A DNA stretch of 64,000 bases from Nitrospirota bacterium (lineage in GTDB: Bacteria; Nitrospirota; JACRHJ01): the NCBI GenBank assembly GCA_963845245.1, contig CAWJRJ010000018.1, positions 128,001 to 192,000 of the forward strand. Reading direction: 5' to 3'. This document shows positions 13,164 to 24,684 of this stretch, one piece after another; within the stretch, counting starts at the first letter, position 1, and every line of letters starts with the position of its first letter. Made by a program: the position numbers and the translations under genes. The notes beneath the pieces were generated by a model, which had not been told where the DNA came from, did not search any database, and saw only the letters and a list, made by a program, of their open reading frames with translations.

Positions 13164-14568
13164 ATGCGCATTAAAATTATCGCCCCAAAATGGCCGCTCC
13201 ACAGCATATGGAGCAGGCTCTACTTCAAGTTCCCGTACCTGAGCACCGCCATGCTCGGCGCGCTGACGCCGCCGGAGCATCAGGTGGAGATTGCGGACGA
13301 GAACCTGAAGGCGATAGATTTCACCGACAAGCCGGACCTGGTCGCGATAACCGTGCTGACGCCGCTTGCGCCCCGCGCATATGAGATTGCGGACGAGTAC
13401 AGGCGGCGCGGCGTCGAAGGTCGTCATGGGCGGCTTCCATGCGACATGGCTGCCGGAAGAGGCGCTTCTGCATGCGGACGCGGTGGTGGTGGGCGAGGCC
13501 GAGGGCGTATGGGGCACGCTCCTTGAAGACTGCGAGAACGGGAGCCTGAAGAGAATTTACAAGTCCGAGACGAGGCCGCTCGCGGAGAACATACCCTGCG
13601 CAAGGCGCGAGCTGTTGGACGGCAAGGGCTACTTCTTCACGAACATAATCCAGACGACGCGCGGCTGCCCGTTCGACTGCAAGTTCTGCTCCGTCACCGC
13701 ATTCTACGGCGGGACGTACAGGTTCCGGCCGGTGGAGGACATAGAGAAGGAAGTGCAGAGCTTCACGAAGGGCGCGGGCTTCGTGCTGTTCGTGGACGAC
13801 AACATCGTCGGCAACCCGGCCTATGCGAAGCGGCTGTTCAGTATGCTCAAGGACCAGAAGCGCAGATGGATGAGCCAGGCCTCGACGAATATCGTGAAGA
13901 ACCCGGAACTCCTGAAGCTCGCGGCGGAGTCCGGCTGCCACGGCCTGTTCATGGGCTTTGAGAGCCTGGACCAGGACAACCTCGACATGATGGGCAAGAA
14001 GATGAACGCCCTTGAGACATACTCGGACGTGATATCGAAGATACACGACCACGGCATAGGCGTGCACGGCTCGTTCATATTCGGGTACGACCACGACGAC
14101 GAAGGCGTGTTCGACCGGGTGCTGGACTTCACCCGCAAGGTGCGGCTCGACGCGGCCTTCATGCCGGTGCTGACGCCTTTCCCCGGCACCGGGATATACA
14201 AACAGCTCGAAGCCGAAGGGCGGATAATAAACCGCGACTGGTCGCTCTACGACATGGAGCACGTCGTCTTCAAGCCGAAGAAGATGAGCCCGGAGAAACT
14301 ACAGGAAGGCCACGACCGTGCGAACCGCGAGTTCTACTCCTATTCCAACATATGGAAGAGGATCGGGACGCTCAGGCGCAGCCTCTGGATATTCGCGCCG
14401 ATGAACTGGGATTTAAGGCAGGCGTGGAATAAAAAGCTAAGACACCCCACTTCTTTAGGGAGAAAGTCAGACCGAAATTATAACATCGCTTTGGTTACTT
14501 TCTGCAAAGAAAAAGTAACGGTTTCATGGACGACGAAAAAAGAAACCTGCGCCGCCGCACTACCTTGA
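13164..14568 (+). CDS. B12-binding-domain radical SAM protein (frameshift near 13415; true stop may be earlier)
   Basis: N-terminal B12-binding-like region (IADEN, DLVAIT, VVMGGFHAT); TTRGCPFDCKFC CxxxCxxC; GFES; LTPFPGT. Confidence 0.9.
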
Positions 14569-15223
14569 GCACGGGCAGCGTATAAAGGAAAAGTTCAAGA
14601 AGACCGGCCTTGAGAGCTTCCACGACTACGAGGCCCTTGAGCTGCTCCTTGGCTATGCCATCCCCAGGCGCGACGTGAAGCCGCTCGCGAAGGCGCTGAT
14701 AGAGCGGTTCGGCGGGTTCCAGGGGGTCATGGACGCATCTCTTGAAGACCTTGTCACCGTTCCCGGCCTCGGCGAGCACTCAAGTATATTGTTAAAAGTG
14801 ACGAAGGAGTGCTCGAACCTCTACCTGAAGCGCCGGGTGGTGAAGAAGCCGAAGATCTGCTGCGCGCCCGACCTGATAAACTACTGCCGCATGACTATGG
14901 CAGGCCTGAAGGACGAGCAGTTCAGGGTGGTGTTCCTCAATACCCAGAACGAGATAATAGAGATAGAGACCATACAGGAAGGGACTATCGACCAGTCGGT
15001 GGTCTACCCCCGCAAGGTGATGGAGAGGGCGCTCTACCACAAGGCGGCCGCGATGATATTCGTGCACAACCACCCCGGCGGCAAGGTGCGGCCCTCATAC
15101 GCGGACAAGGAGATAACCACCGCGCTGATATCGGCCGCGAAGAGCATGGACATGGACGTGCACGACCACCTGATAATCGGAAGCGAAGGCTATTACAGCT
15201 TCAGGGACCAGGGCCTGTTATAA
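14526..15223 (+). CDS. radC: RadC / JAB-domain protein (frameshift near 5' end)
   Basis: DYEALELLL, HhH (VPGLGE), VYPRKV, HNHPGG...D, HDHLIIG. Confidence 0.92.
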
Positions 15224-15242
15224 CCGGAAAGGCCCTCCTATA

Positions 15243-15995
15243 ATGCCAGGCATCGTCAAGACAAGGGCAATAGTAACCAAGACCACACGGCACGGGGAGT
15301 CCGACCTGGTCGTGAGCTTCCTCACGGAGGAGCACGGGCTGGTGAAGGGCTATGCCCGTGGGGCGGTGAAGAGCAAAAAACGCTTTGCAGGCTGCTTCGA
15401 GCCGTTCACACTCCTGTCCGTCACGCTCCGGTTCAAGGCTTCGGCCGGGCTGGTGGGGATAGACTCCGCGGACATCCTTGACGCCCACTACGGCATAAGG
15501 GAGGACCTGGACAGGATAAACGCGGGTGCCGTCATGCTGCGTTTCGCCTCAATGATGGAGCCGGGCGCTGGGTTTGCCGAGCCGTTCCTTTTCATGAGGG
15601 ATACCCTCAAAGTGCTTGAAAAGGCAAAAGACCCGGTGGCACTTTGCGCCGTGTTCGTGGTGAAGTTCCTACTGATGGGCGGGTACGGAATACCCCATGA
15701 GTCGTGCTCCCGCTGCGGGGCAGGGATTGCCGGGAAACCCACTGTTTATTCAGGTGGTTTCGCCCTGTTTTGCGAAAGGTGCGGGCCACATATGTGTGGT
15801 GCGGGCGGTAAAAAGGTAAGCCCGGGCACGCTGGCATTCGTCAGGCAGGCGGAGACCCTTGAACCCGCTAAGATGGGCAGGCTTGTCATTTCCACGGGGA
15901 CCAAAGAGGAGTTGTACGCCCTGCTTGGCGGTTTTGCTTCTGCCGCTGCCGGAAAAAGGCTGGAATACCTTGAAATATTTAAGCCTAGCGCTTGA
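15243..15995 (+). CDS. recO: DNA repair protein RecO
   Basis: GESDLVV.FLT.EHG, ARGA.KSKKRF, Zn finger CSRC...CERC; recO-glyQ-glyS synteny. Confidence 0.92.
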   Translation: MPGIVKTRAIVTKTTRHGESDLVVSFLTEEHGLVKGYARGAVKSKKRFAGCFEPFTLLSVTLRFKASAGLVGIDSADILDAHYGIREDLDRINAGAVMLRFASMMEPGAGFAEPFLFMRDTLKVLEKAKDPVALCAVFVVKFLLMGGYGIPHESCSRCGAGIAGKPTVYSGGFALFCERCGPHMCGAGGKKVSPGTLAFVRQAETLEPAKMGRLVISTGTKEELYALLGGFASAAAGKRLEYLEIFKPSA

Positions 15996-16001
15996 AAAGC
16001 C

Positions 16002-16030
16002 TTGACATAATGGGGGAATTCTGCTAAAAA
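16002..16030 (+). promoter_or_regulatory. Putative sigma70 promoter for glyQS
   Basis: TTGACA-17 bp-TAAAAA with extended TG. Confidence 0.5.
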
Positions 16031-16076
16031 ACTTAATTCCATTTAAAATATCTAATCCTTTTCTGGAGAAGCGGTT

Positions 16077-16946
<870 letters not shown>

Positions 16947-16953
16947 AAGACAA

Positions 16954-19022
16954 ATGCCAAAGGAACTGCTGCTAGAAATAGGCTCTGAAGAGATACCCGC
17001 CGGGTTCATAACCGGTGCGCTGGGTGCCATGGAGGAGCTTGCCGCGAAGGCGCTTACGGGCGCGCGGCTGGAGTACTCTGCAATACGCGCCATGGGGAAC
17101 CCCCGCCGCCTCGTCCTGCATGTCAGCGGTATATCCGACATGCAGCCGGACTCTATAAGGGAGGTGCTGGGCCCGCCGAAGTCCGCCGCATACGACAAGG
17201 ACGGGAACCTGACCAAGGCCGCAACCGGGTTTGCCAAAGGCCAGGGGGTTGACGGTAGCAAGCCTGTCGGTAAAACAGACCGAAAAGGGCGAATACATTT
17301 GCGCCACCATAGAAGAAAAAGGCGTCCCCGCAAGCGAAGTCCTCTCAGATATCCTCCCCAAACTCATACTTTCCATACCGTTCCCCAAGTCGATGCGATG
17401 GGGCAACCGTGACATAAAATTTGCACGTCCGATACACTGGATACTTGCGATACTGGACGGCGAGGTCGTCCCGTTCGAGGTCGACGGCATCAAGAGCACG
17501 AACCTTACCAGGGGCCACAGGTTCATGAGCCCCGGCGCTTTCCGTGTAAAGGATTTCGAGTCGTACATGCACCAGACGAAGGACAACTACTACGATCGTG
17601 GACCAGGATGTAAGGCTTGAGATGGTCAAACACCAGGTCGGCCATGCGGCTGCTGAGCTTGGCGCCACAGTCCATCCTGACGAAGGGCTCATGAAGGAAG
17701 TGAGCTTTCTGGTCGAGTATCCGGTAGCCGTTGTCGGAAACATAGAGAAGGCCTTTCTCTCGCTTCCCAAAGAGGTGCTTGTAAACTCCATGAGAGAGCA
17801 CCAGCGTTACTTCGCACTGGAAGACGGCCAGGGTACGCTCCTGCCGCACTTCATTACCATATCGAACACCAAGGCCGAGGACATGGACGTGGTCAGGGCA
17901 GGCAACGAGAGGGTCCTGAGGGCAAGGCTATCGGATGCGAGGTTCTTCTTCGAGGAAGACATGAAGAAGAAACTCTCCGACAGGGTGGACGACCTGAAGA
18001 AGGTGTTGTTCCAGAAAGAGCTTGGCACAGTATACGAGAAGACCCAGAGGATAGTGAAGATGTCGGAGTACCTCGCGGGCACACTTTTCTGTGAGCCTGT
18101 GGTTAGGGAAAATGCAGCCAGGGCTGCGCTTCTCTGCAAGGCAGACCTTGTCACCGGCATGGTGTATGAGTTCGCAAACCTCCAGGGCGTTATGGGCTGC
18201 GATTATGCCAGGAGGAACGGCGAGAGGGAAGAGGTCGCCAAAGCGATAGTGGAGCATTACATGCCTCGCTTCTCTGGCGACGGAGTACCGTCCACACCGG
18301 CAGGAGCCGCCGTCTCAATCGCGGACAAGATGGACACCATAGCGGGGATATTCTCCATAGGCAAGCCGCCGACCGGGTCCGAGGACCCATATGCTCTAAG
18401 AAGGCAGGCGCTCGGCATCATAGCGATAATATACAGTGGTGGCTTCAGGACCTCGCTCATAGGGATAATAAACAAGGCCGTGGAGTTTTTAAATCCTGCC
18501 GGGGACAAAGAAAAGCTTGCTGCGGACATCCTTGAGTTTTTCAGGCAGAGGGTTCAAAACCAGCTTGTATCAGAAGGCTGGGAGTATGACACCGTAGATG
18601 CGGTGCTGGCCAGAGGGTTTGACGATATAATAAACGCAAAAGATCGCGTGGCCGCGCTTTCGGAGTTCCGGAAGGCGGAAGGGTTCGAGCCGTTTATTAC
18701 GGCATTTCGCAGGGTGGCTAATATCATTCCCGAAGGGTTCAGTGGAAAGCTGGACGACTCCCTTTTTAAAGAGGATGCCGAGAAAGAGCTGTACCGGCAT
18801 TACCTTGAGATAAAAGACGATGTCGCGACCCATACTGAAAACGCGCGCTACTTGGACGCGTTGAACCGCATTGCGGCCATCAGGCCTTTCGTGGATAAGT
18901 TTTTCGACGATGTGATGGTGATGGACAAGGACGAGGCGGTGAAAAACAACCGCCTTACCCTTATGGGCCTTATAGCAGGGATGTTCTTCCGTATCGCTGA
19001 CCTGAAGAAGGTAGCGGTTTAA
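16954..19022 (+). CDS. glyS: Glycine-tRNA ligase beta subunit (frameshifts near 17255 and 17595)
   Basis: LLLEIGSEEIP, FPKSMRWG, GNERVLRARLSDA, GSEDPYALRR, NNRL. Confidence 0.95.
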
Positions 19023-19129
19023 ATATAATTGCCGCGCATGAAGAGCTGTAACCAGTTATTTTTGTTTTGTAAATATAAATTGGCAAGGATCAGGTGTAGA
19101 GAAAATATCGTATAAGGAGGAGTTTGAAA

Positions 19130-21811
19130 ATGGCATCGAAAAAGTTCGTTTATTTCTTCGGGAACGGTAAGGCAGACGGCAGGGGTGATATGAAGGACCT
19201 GCTCGGCGGAAAGGGCGCGGGCCTTGCCGAGATGACAAACGCGGGTGTCCCGGTCCCGCCCGGTTTTACTATCACCACCGAGGTTTGCGCCCTCTTCTAC
19301 AAGGCAAAGAACAGGATCCCGAAAGAAGTCGATGCCGAAATCGCCACGAACCTTTCCAAGCTTGAAAAAGCGATGGGCAAGAAGCTGGGCGACGCCAAAG
19401 ACCCGCTCCTCGTGTCCGTGCGCTCCGGCGCCAAGTTCTCGATGCCGGGCATGATGGATACGGTTCTCAACCTGGGCCTGAACGACGAGACGGTAAAGGG
19501 CCTTATCGCGAAGTCCGGCAACGAGCGCTTCGCGTGGGACGCATACCGCCGCTTCATACAGATGTTCGGCAACGTCGTCTTGAACATAGAGAAGGATAAC
19601 TTCGAACATATACTCGAACAGAAAAAAGAAGAGCGGAAGATCCAGCTCGACGTAGACCTTACGGTCGAGGACCTCAAGGACCTTGTGAAGCAGTTCAAGA
19701 AGAAGGTCAAAGCCATAACCAGAAAGGACTTCCCCGAGGACCCGCACGCGCAGCTGAAGATGTCCGAAGAGGCGGTCTTCATGTCCTGGAACAACCCGAG
19801 GGCTATAACCTACCGCAGGCTGAACGACATACCCGGCGACCTGGGCACGGCTGTCAACGTACAGGCGATGGTCTTCGGCAACATGGGAAACACATCCGCC
19901 ACGGGCGTGGGCTTCACAAGGAACCCGGCAACCGGCGCCAAGGAGTTCTACGGCGAGTACCTGACCAACGCGCAGGGCGAGGACGTCGTCGCGGGCATCA
20001 GGACGCCGAACCCGATAGTGAACCTTGCCAAGGAGATGCCGAAGGTATACAAGCAGCTCAGAGACATCACAAGCAAGCTTGAGAAACATTACAGGGATGT
20101 CCAGGACTTCGAGTTCACCGTCCAGGAAAACGTCCTCTTCATGCTCCAGACCCGTACAGGAAAACGCACTGCGCAGGCCGCAGTCACGATAGCCGTCGAT
20201 ATGGTCAAGGAGAAGCTAATATCGAAGGAAGAGGCGATCCTCAGGGTTGAGCCGTCCCAGCTCGACCAGCTCCTGCACCCGATAATCGACCCCAAGGCCA
20301 AGAAGAAGGTACTAACCAAGGGCCTGAACGCATCGCCGGGCGCGGCGGTCGGCAAGGCGGTATTCACGGCAGACGACGCGGTGGCAATGGCCAAGCACGG
20401 CAAGGTGATACTCGTCAGGACCGAGACAAACCCGGACGACATCCACGGGATGGACGCCGCCGCCGGCATCCTCACCGCCAGGGGCGGCATGACAAGCCAT
20501 GCGGCCGTCGTCGCCAGGGGCATGGGCACGCCGTGCGTCGCGGGCTGCGAGTCGATAAAGGTGGACGAGAAGGCCGGGAAGTTCTCCGTGAACGGAGTAA
20601 CCGTCAAAGAGGGCGAGTTCATCACCATAGACGGCACCACCGGCGAGGTGATGCTGGGCTCGATGCCGACAATCGAGCCGGCCCTTACCGGCGACTTCGG
20701 TATACTGATGGGCTGGGTTGACAAGATGAGGACGCTTAAGGTCAGGGCCAACGCCGATATACCGAGGGACGCAAAGGTCGCGCGCGAGTTCGGCGCAGAA
20801 GGCATCGGCCTCTGCCGTACGGAGCATATGTTCTTTGCGGAGGAGAGGCTTCCGATAGTCCAGGAGATGATACTGGCCGACACCGTTGAGGCCAGGGAGA
20901 AGGCGCTCGCCAAGCTCCTCCCGATGCAGCGTTCAGACTTCCTGGGCCTGTTCCAGGAGATGAAGGGATACCCTGTCACCATAAGGCTCCTCGACCCGCC
21001 GCTGCACGAGTTCCTGCCCAAGCGCGAAGAACTTATGGTCGAGCTTGAGGTGATGAAGGCTACCGGCAAGGGCAAGACCCCCAAGGCCCAGAAGATTGCC
21101 AAGCTCTTATCGAGGGTTGAGGAACTGCATGAGTTCAACCCGATGCTCGGACACAGGGGATGCCGGCTTGGCATAGTATACCCGGAGATAACCAGGATGC
21201 AGGCCCGCGCCATATTCGAGGCTGCGGCCGCACTCGCAAAGAAAAAGACCAAGGTCGTCCCGGAAGTAATGATCCCGCTGGTTGGCATGGTGCCCGAGCT
21301 TGCAAACCAGAAGAAGATCATGGTCGAGATGGCCGACAAGGTCATGAAGGAGCAGAAGGTAAAGATAGACTATATGGTCGGAACAATGATAGAGCTGCCG
21401 CGCGCCGCGCTTGTCGCGGATGAGATCGCGAAAGAGGCGGACTTCTTCTCTTTCGGGACGAACGACCTGACCCAGACCACCTTCGGCTTCTCGAGGGACG
21501 ATGCGGGCAAGTTTATCACCTTCTACAGGGAAAACGGGATAATGGAAAAAGACCCGTTTGTCGCCATAGACCAGGAGGGCGTTGGACAGCTTGTGAAGAT
21601 GGGCGTCGAGAAGGGGCGCTCCACGAAGCCCAAGTTAAAGGTCGGTATATGCGGCGAGCACGGCGGCGAGCCGAGCTCTGTCGAGTTCTGCCATAGGACC
21701 GGACTTGACTACGTCAGCTGCTCCCCGTACAGGGTGCCAATCGCAAGGCTTGCAGCGGCGCACGCCAGCATAAAGGCGTCAGGCAAGGTCAAGGCCTCCG
21801 TTACAAAGTAA
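19130..21811 (+). CDS. ppdK: Pyruvate, phosphate dikinase
   Basis: LLGGKGAGLAEM, RGGMTSHAAVVARG, GIGLCRTEHMF, FSFGTNDLTQ, GICGEHGG; SD AAGGAGG. Confidence 0.98.
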   Translation: MASKKFVYFFGNGKADGRGDMKDLLGGKGAGLAEMTNAGVPVPPGFTITTEVCALFYKAKNRIPKEVDAEIATNLSKLEKAMGKKLGDAKDPLLVSVRSGAKFSMPGMMDTVLNLGLNDETVKGLIAKSGNERFAWDAYRRFIQMFGNVVLNIEKDNFEHILEQKKEERKIQLDVDLTVEDLKDLVKQFKKKVKAITRKDFPEDPHAQLKMSEEAVFMSWNNPRAITYRRLNDIPGDLGTAVNVQAMVFGNMGNTSATGVGFTRNPATGAKEFYGEYLTNAQGEDVVAGIRTPNPIVNLAKEMPKVYKQLRDITSKLEKHYRDVQDFEFTVQENVLFMLQTRTGKRTAQAAVTIAVDMVKEKLISKEEAILRVEPSQLDQLLHPIIDPKAKKKVLTKGLNASPGAAVGKAVFTADDAVAMAKHGKVILVRTETNPDDIHGMDAAAGILTARGGMTSHAAVVARGMGTPCVAGCESIKVDEKAGKFSVNGVTVKEGEFITIDGTTGEVMLGSMPTIEPALTGDFGILMGWVDKMRTLKVRANADIPRDAKVAREFGAEGIGLCRTEHMFFAEERLPIVQEMILADTVEAREKALAKLLPMQRSDFLGLFQEMKGYPVTIRLLDPPLHEFLPKREELMVELEVMKATGKGKTPKAQKIAKLLSRVEELHEFNPMLGHRGCRLGIVYPEITRMQARAIFEAAAALAKKKTKVVPEVMIPLVGMVPELANQKKIMVEMADKVMKEQKVKIDYMVGTMIELPRAALVADEIAKEADFFSFGTNDLTQTTFGFSRDDAGKFITFYRENGIMEKDPFVAIDQEGVGQLVKMGVEKGRSTKPKLKVGICGEHGGEPSSVEFCHRTGLDYVSCSPYRVPIARLAAAHASIKASGKVKASVTK

Positions 21812-21816
21812 ACCGT

Positions 21817-21845
21817 AAGGGGAGCCGTGGGCTCCCCTTCTTCTA
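21817..21845 (+). terminator. Intrinsic terminator-like hairpin after ppdK
   Basis: AAGGGGAGCC-GTG-GGCTCCCCTT followed by CTTCT. Confidence 0.7.
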
Positions 21846-21871
21846 TATATCTCTTGTTTCACCACATCCAG

Positions 21872-23056
21872 ATGAACGAAAACAAAACAGACGAATATTA
21901 TATGAACATAGCCCTAGACCTTGCGCAGATGGGGAAGGGCATGACTAGCCCAAACCCGATGGTCGGCGCGGTCGTAGTGACTGACGGGAAGATAGTGGGC
22001 AAAGGCTGGCACAGGAAGGCCGGCACGCCGCACGGTGAGGCGATTGCGCTTGAGAAGGCCGGTGCAAAAGCTGAAGGTGGTACGTTATACGTAAACCTGG
22101 AGCCTTGCTGCCATACCGACAAACTTACTCCACCATGCACTGAAGCGGTAATAAAGAGCAAGGTCGCAAAGGTGGTGATCGGCATGGTGGACCCCAACCC
22201 GAAGGTATCCGGGAAGGGCGTTGAGGCGCTTAAGAAGGCCGGAATAGAGGTCGTCACAGGCGTACTCCAGGAGCGCTGCGAGCGGCTTAATCAGGTCTTC
22301 ACAAAATACATCACCACCGGGATGCCGTTTGTCACCATGAAGATTGCCCAGACACTGGACGGCAAGATCGCCACGGCCACAGGTGAGTCAAAATGGATAA
22401 CCGGCGTGGAGGCGCGCAGGTTCGGGCACACCCTCAGAAATTATGCCGATGCTATTGTGGTCGGCATAGGGACCGTCCTCAGGGATGACCCAAGCCTGAC
22501 GACCCGCCTTGAGGACAACCCCAACAGCCGCGACCCGAACCGAATCATACTCGACAGCCGCCTCAGGATACCGCCGGATGCAAAGGTCCTGAACGTGGAA
22601 TCTGCGGCTACAACCTACATTGCCACAACCGTAGCAGCCTCTACCCATAAGATGAAAGAGGTCAAGGCCAAAGGTGCCGAGCTACTGATCATCGACGAGG
22701 CGGAAGAGGGGATGCTCAACCTTGTCATGCTGATGGAAGAGTTGGCAAGGATGGGCATGACCAACATACTCTTTGAAGGCGGCGCCAGGGTAAATGCCGA
22801 GGCGCTCCGGTCTGGTATAATAGACAAGGCGATGTTCTTTATCGCGCCCAAGCTGCTTGGAGGCGACGACGCAAAAGGTTCGATAGGCGGCAGGTCGCCT
22901 GAGTCGCTCACGGAAGCCGTCCCGCTTTTGGATATTCACTACACCAGGCTAGGCGACGACCTGCTTATTGAGGGATATTTAAAGAAGTCCGAGGTCCAGG
23001 ACTCCACAGTGGAAACTCCACCCAAGAAAAAACGCAGAAGGAACAAACGCAAATAG
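21872..23056 (+). CDS. ribD: Bifunctional riboflavin deaminase/reductase RibD with basic C-terminal tail
   Basis: PNPMVGAV, HGE, LEPCCH...PPC, TLDGKIA, SKWITG, EGG. Confidence 0.96.
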   Translation: MNENKTDEYYMNIALDLAQMGKGMTSPNPMVGAVVVTDGKIVGKGWHRKAGTPHGEAIALEKAGAKAEGGTLYVNLEPCCHTDKLTPPCTEAVIKSKVAKVVIGMVDPNPKVSGKGVEALKKAGIEVVTGVLQERCERLNQVFTKYITTGMPFVTMKIAQTLDGKIATATGESKWITGVEARRFGHTLRNYADAIVVGIGTVLRDDPSLTTRLEDNPNSRDPNRIILDSRLRIPPDAKVLNVESAATTYIATTVAASTHKMKEVKAKGAELLIIDEAEEGMLNLVMLMEELARMGMTNILFEGGARVNAEALRSGIIDKAMFFIAPKLLGGDDAKGSIGGRSPESLTEAVPLLDIHYTRLGDDLLIEGYLKKSEVQDSTVETPPKKKRRRNKRK

Positions 23057-23707
23057 ATGTTTACCGGTATAATCGAAGAGCTGGGCAGTATTGCCGGCAT
23101 AAAAAAGGGCGCGCGTTCCGCCGTGCTGCGTGTGGACTCGACCGTCGTGGTTGGGGACGTGAAGCTTGGAGATAGCATATCAGTCAACGGTGTCTGCCTT
23201 ACGGTAGTTGATTTTAACAAAACATCCTTCTCCGCCGAAGTCATGGCAGAGACCCTGCGCAGGTCTAACCTTGGAGGTCTTAAGGCAGGCAGCAAGGTGA
23301 ACCTTGAGCGCGCCCTGAGGCCGACGGACCGCTTGGGCGGTCATTTCGTCTCAGGGCATATCGACGGTGTCGGGACGATAAAATCAGTAGTAAAAGAAGA
23401 TATCGCAGATGTATTCACAATCGCCGCCCCGAGCGCCGTGTTGAAGTATGTCATAGAGAAGGGCTCGATTGCGGTGGATGGCATAAGCCTGACTTTGGTT
23501 GACCTGACGGAAGACGCTTTTCGGGTGTCTCTGATACCGCACACCAGCGCCAACACCACGCTCGGCTTTAAAAAGTCCGGGGATACCGTGAATCTGGAAT
23601 CTGACCTTATCGCGAAGTATATAGAGAGGCTCTTGAAGAAGGATTCTTCCGGCCCGGAAGGCGGAGGTATCGACCAGGGCTTTCTAGCCCGCCACGGTTT
23701 TTTCTAG
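23057..23707 (+). CDS. ribE: Riboflavin synthase (alpha chain)
   Basis: MFTGIIEE, GDSISVNGVCLT, VNLERA, GGHFVSGHIDG, VNLESD. Confidence 0.97.
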   Translation: MFTGIIEELGSIAGIKKGARSAVLRVDSTVVVGDVKLGDSISVNGVCLTVVDFNKTSFSAEVMAETLRRSNLGGLKAGSKVNLERALRPTDRLGGHFVSGHIDGVGTIKSVVKEDIADVFTIAAPSAVLKYVIEKGSIAVDGISLTLVDLTEDAFRVSLIPHTSANTTLGFKKSGDTVNLESDLIAKYIERLLKKDSSGPEGGGIDQGFLARHGFF

Positions 23708-23730
23708 TTTAAATCTGTAAGTGAAGAATT

Positions 23731-23778
23731 AAAAGGCCGGTACACTGTTGTGGCGATCTGACAAAGTACCGGTCTTTT
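23731..23778. terminator. Bidirectional terminator-like long hairpin (copy 1 of duplicated element)
   Basis: AAAAGGCCGGTAC...GTACCGGTCTTTT between convergent ribE and 23810..24091. Confidence 0.75.
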
Positions 23779-23809
23779 ATTATCCAGAAGAAACTATAGC
23801 ATACGGGAC

Positions 23810-24091
23810 TTATAATCCTGTATGAAGTTTTAGTTTTGTTATACTCCTGGCTTTACCATCGTAATATGTAACTGAAATTTTATCGTTCTCCTTGAAATTC
23901 TTTAACATGTACTTGTCTGCCTTCAGGGTAATTGTTTCTTTTGTATCGGCGGTACGAAAAACAAAGGTGCCCTTCACTGCATTTATAGACTTTAAAGTCC
24001 CGATCCTTATCGTGTCTGTAGCAAAAACGGATGTTGCAATGAATAAAAGAATGAATAATGACCCTACTAATATAGAGAAGTGTTTTTTCAT
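23810..24091 (-). CDS. Small secreted beta-rich protein (paralog of 24181..24471, lacks cysteines)
   Basis: SD AGGAGG, signal peptide, shared GTLK...KGT...TLKADK...F...DK..VTY motif. Confidence 0.75.
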   Translation of the reverse strand: MKKHFSILVGSLFILLFIATSVFATDTIRIGTLKSINAVKGTFVFRTADTKETITLKADKYMLKNFKENDKISVTYYDGKARSITKLKLHTGL

Positions 24092-24114
24092 AAAAACCTC
24101 CTAATTCTTCAATT

Positions 24115-24164
24115 AAAAAGGCCGGTAGACTGTCGGGGGGAGTTGACAGCGTACCGGCCTTTTT
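24115..24164. terminator. Long hairpin (copy 2 of duplicated element)
   Basis: AAAAAGGCCGGTAGACTGTC-GGGGGGAGTT-GACAGCGTACCGGCCTTTTT. Confidence 0.75.
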
Positions 24165-24180
24165 ATTATTAGAATAGAAA

Positions 24181-24471
24181 CTAGCAGCCGACGGGAACCT
24201 TCGCGCCGCGGTCCTTCAATATCTTGGAGGCGGTACCGGCGTCATAGGTTACCTTAACCTTGTCTTTTGCCTTGAAGGAGCCGATAACTGCCTTGTCGGC
24301 CTTCAGGGTAACCGAGTCTTTGCTGCCGGCAGGGCAGAATTCTATTGTGCCCTTGGCGGCGTCTACTGCCTTTAAGGTGCCTGCCTTTGTCTCAGCGGCG
24401 GCAAAGGCGGCCGTGGCGACAAAGGATACTACGAACAACGAAACAATCAACAGTGAAAAAAACTTCTTCAT
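24181..24471 (-). CDS. Small secreted Lys-rich protein ending in -VPVGC
   Basis: SD GGAGGT, MKK signal peptide with AFA site, internal FCP and terminal GC. Confidence 0.8.
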   Translation of the reverse strand: MKKFFSLLIVSLFVVSFVATAAFAAAETKAGTLKAVDAAKGTIEFCPAGSKDSVTLKADKAVIGSFKAKDKVKVTYDAGTASKILKDRGAKVPVGC

Positions 24472-24623
24472 AAACACCTCCGTAATGTTTAAGATCCCCC
24501 CTGTTTTTGATAAGACCATTTACTCTTTTAGACGAACGAGCATGAAAAATATATCAGACAATTTTGTTATTAACAAGAAAAAAATAGAACCGTGTTTCTC
24601 TTTTATTATAATGGCATAAATTA

Positions 24624-24652
24624 TTGACAAAAAAGCGTTTATTTTATAACCT
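24624..24652 (+). promoter_or_regulatory. Putative sigma70 promoter for gcvPB
   Basis: TTGACA-17 bp-TAACCT in AT-rich divergent intergenic region. Confidence 0.5.
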
Positions 24653-24684
24653 TTAAGTAATGATTATAAACAATGGTGGGGGAT

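Noticed and set aside
14526..15223. radC as a marker of a mobile element
   Set aside because: Full-length HhH+JAB form in housekeeping context next to recO-glyQS; no integrase or transfer genes
16030..16076. T-box riboswitch before glyQS
   Set aside because: Leader far too short; no T-box motif or terminator
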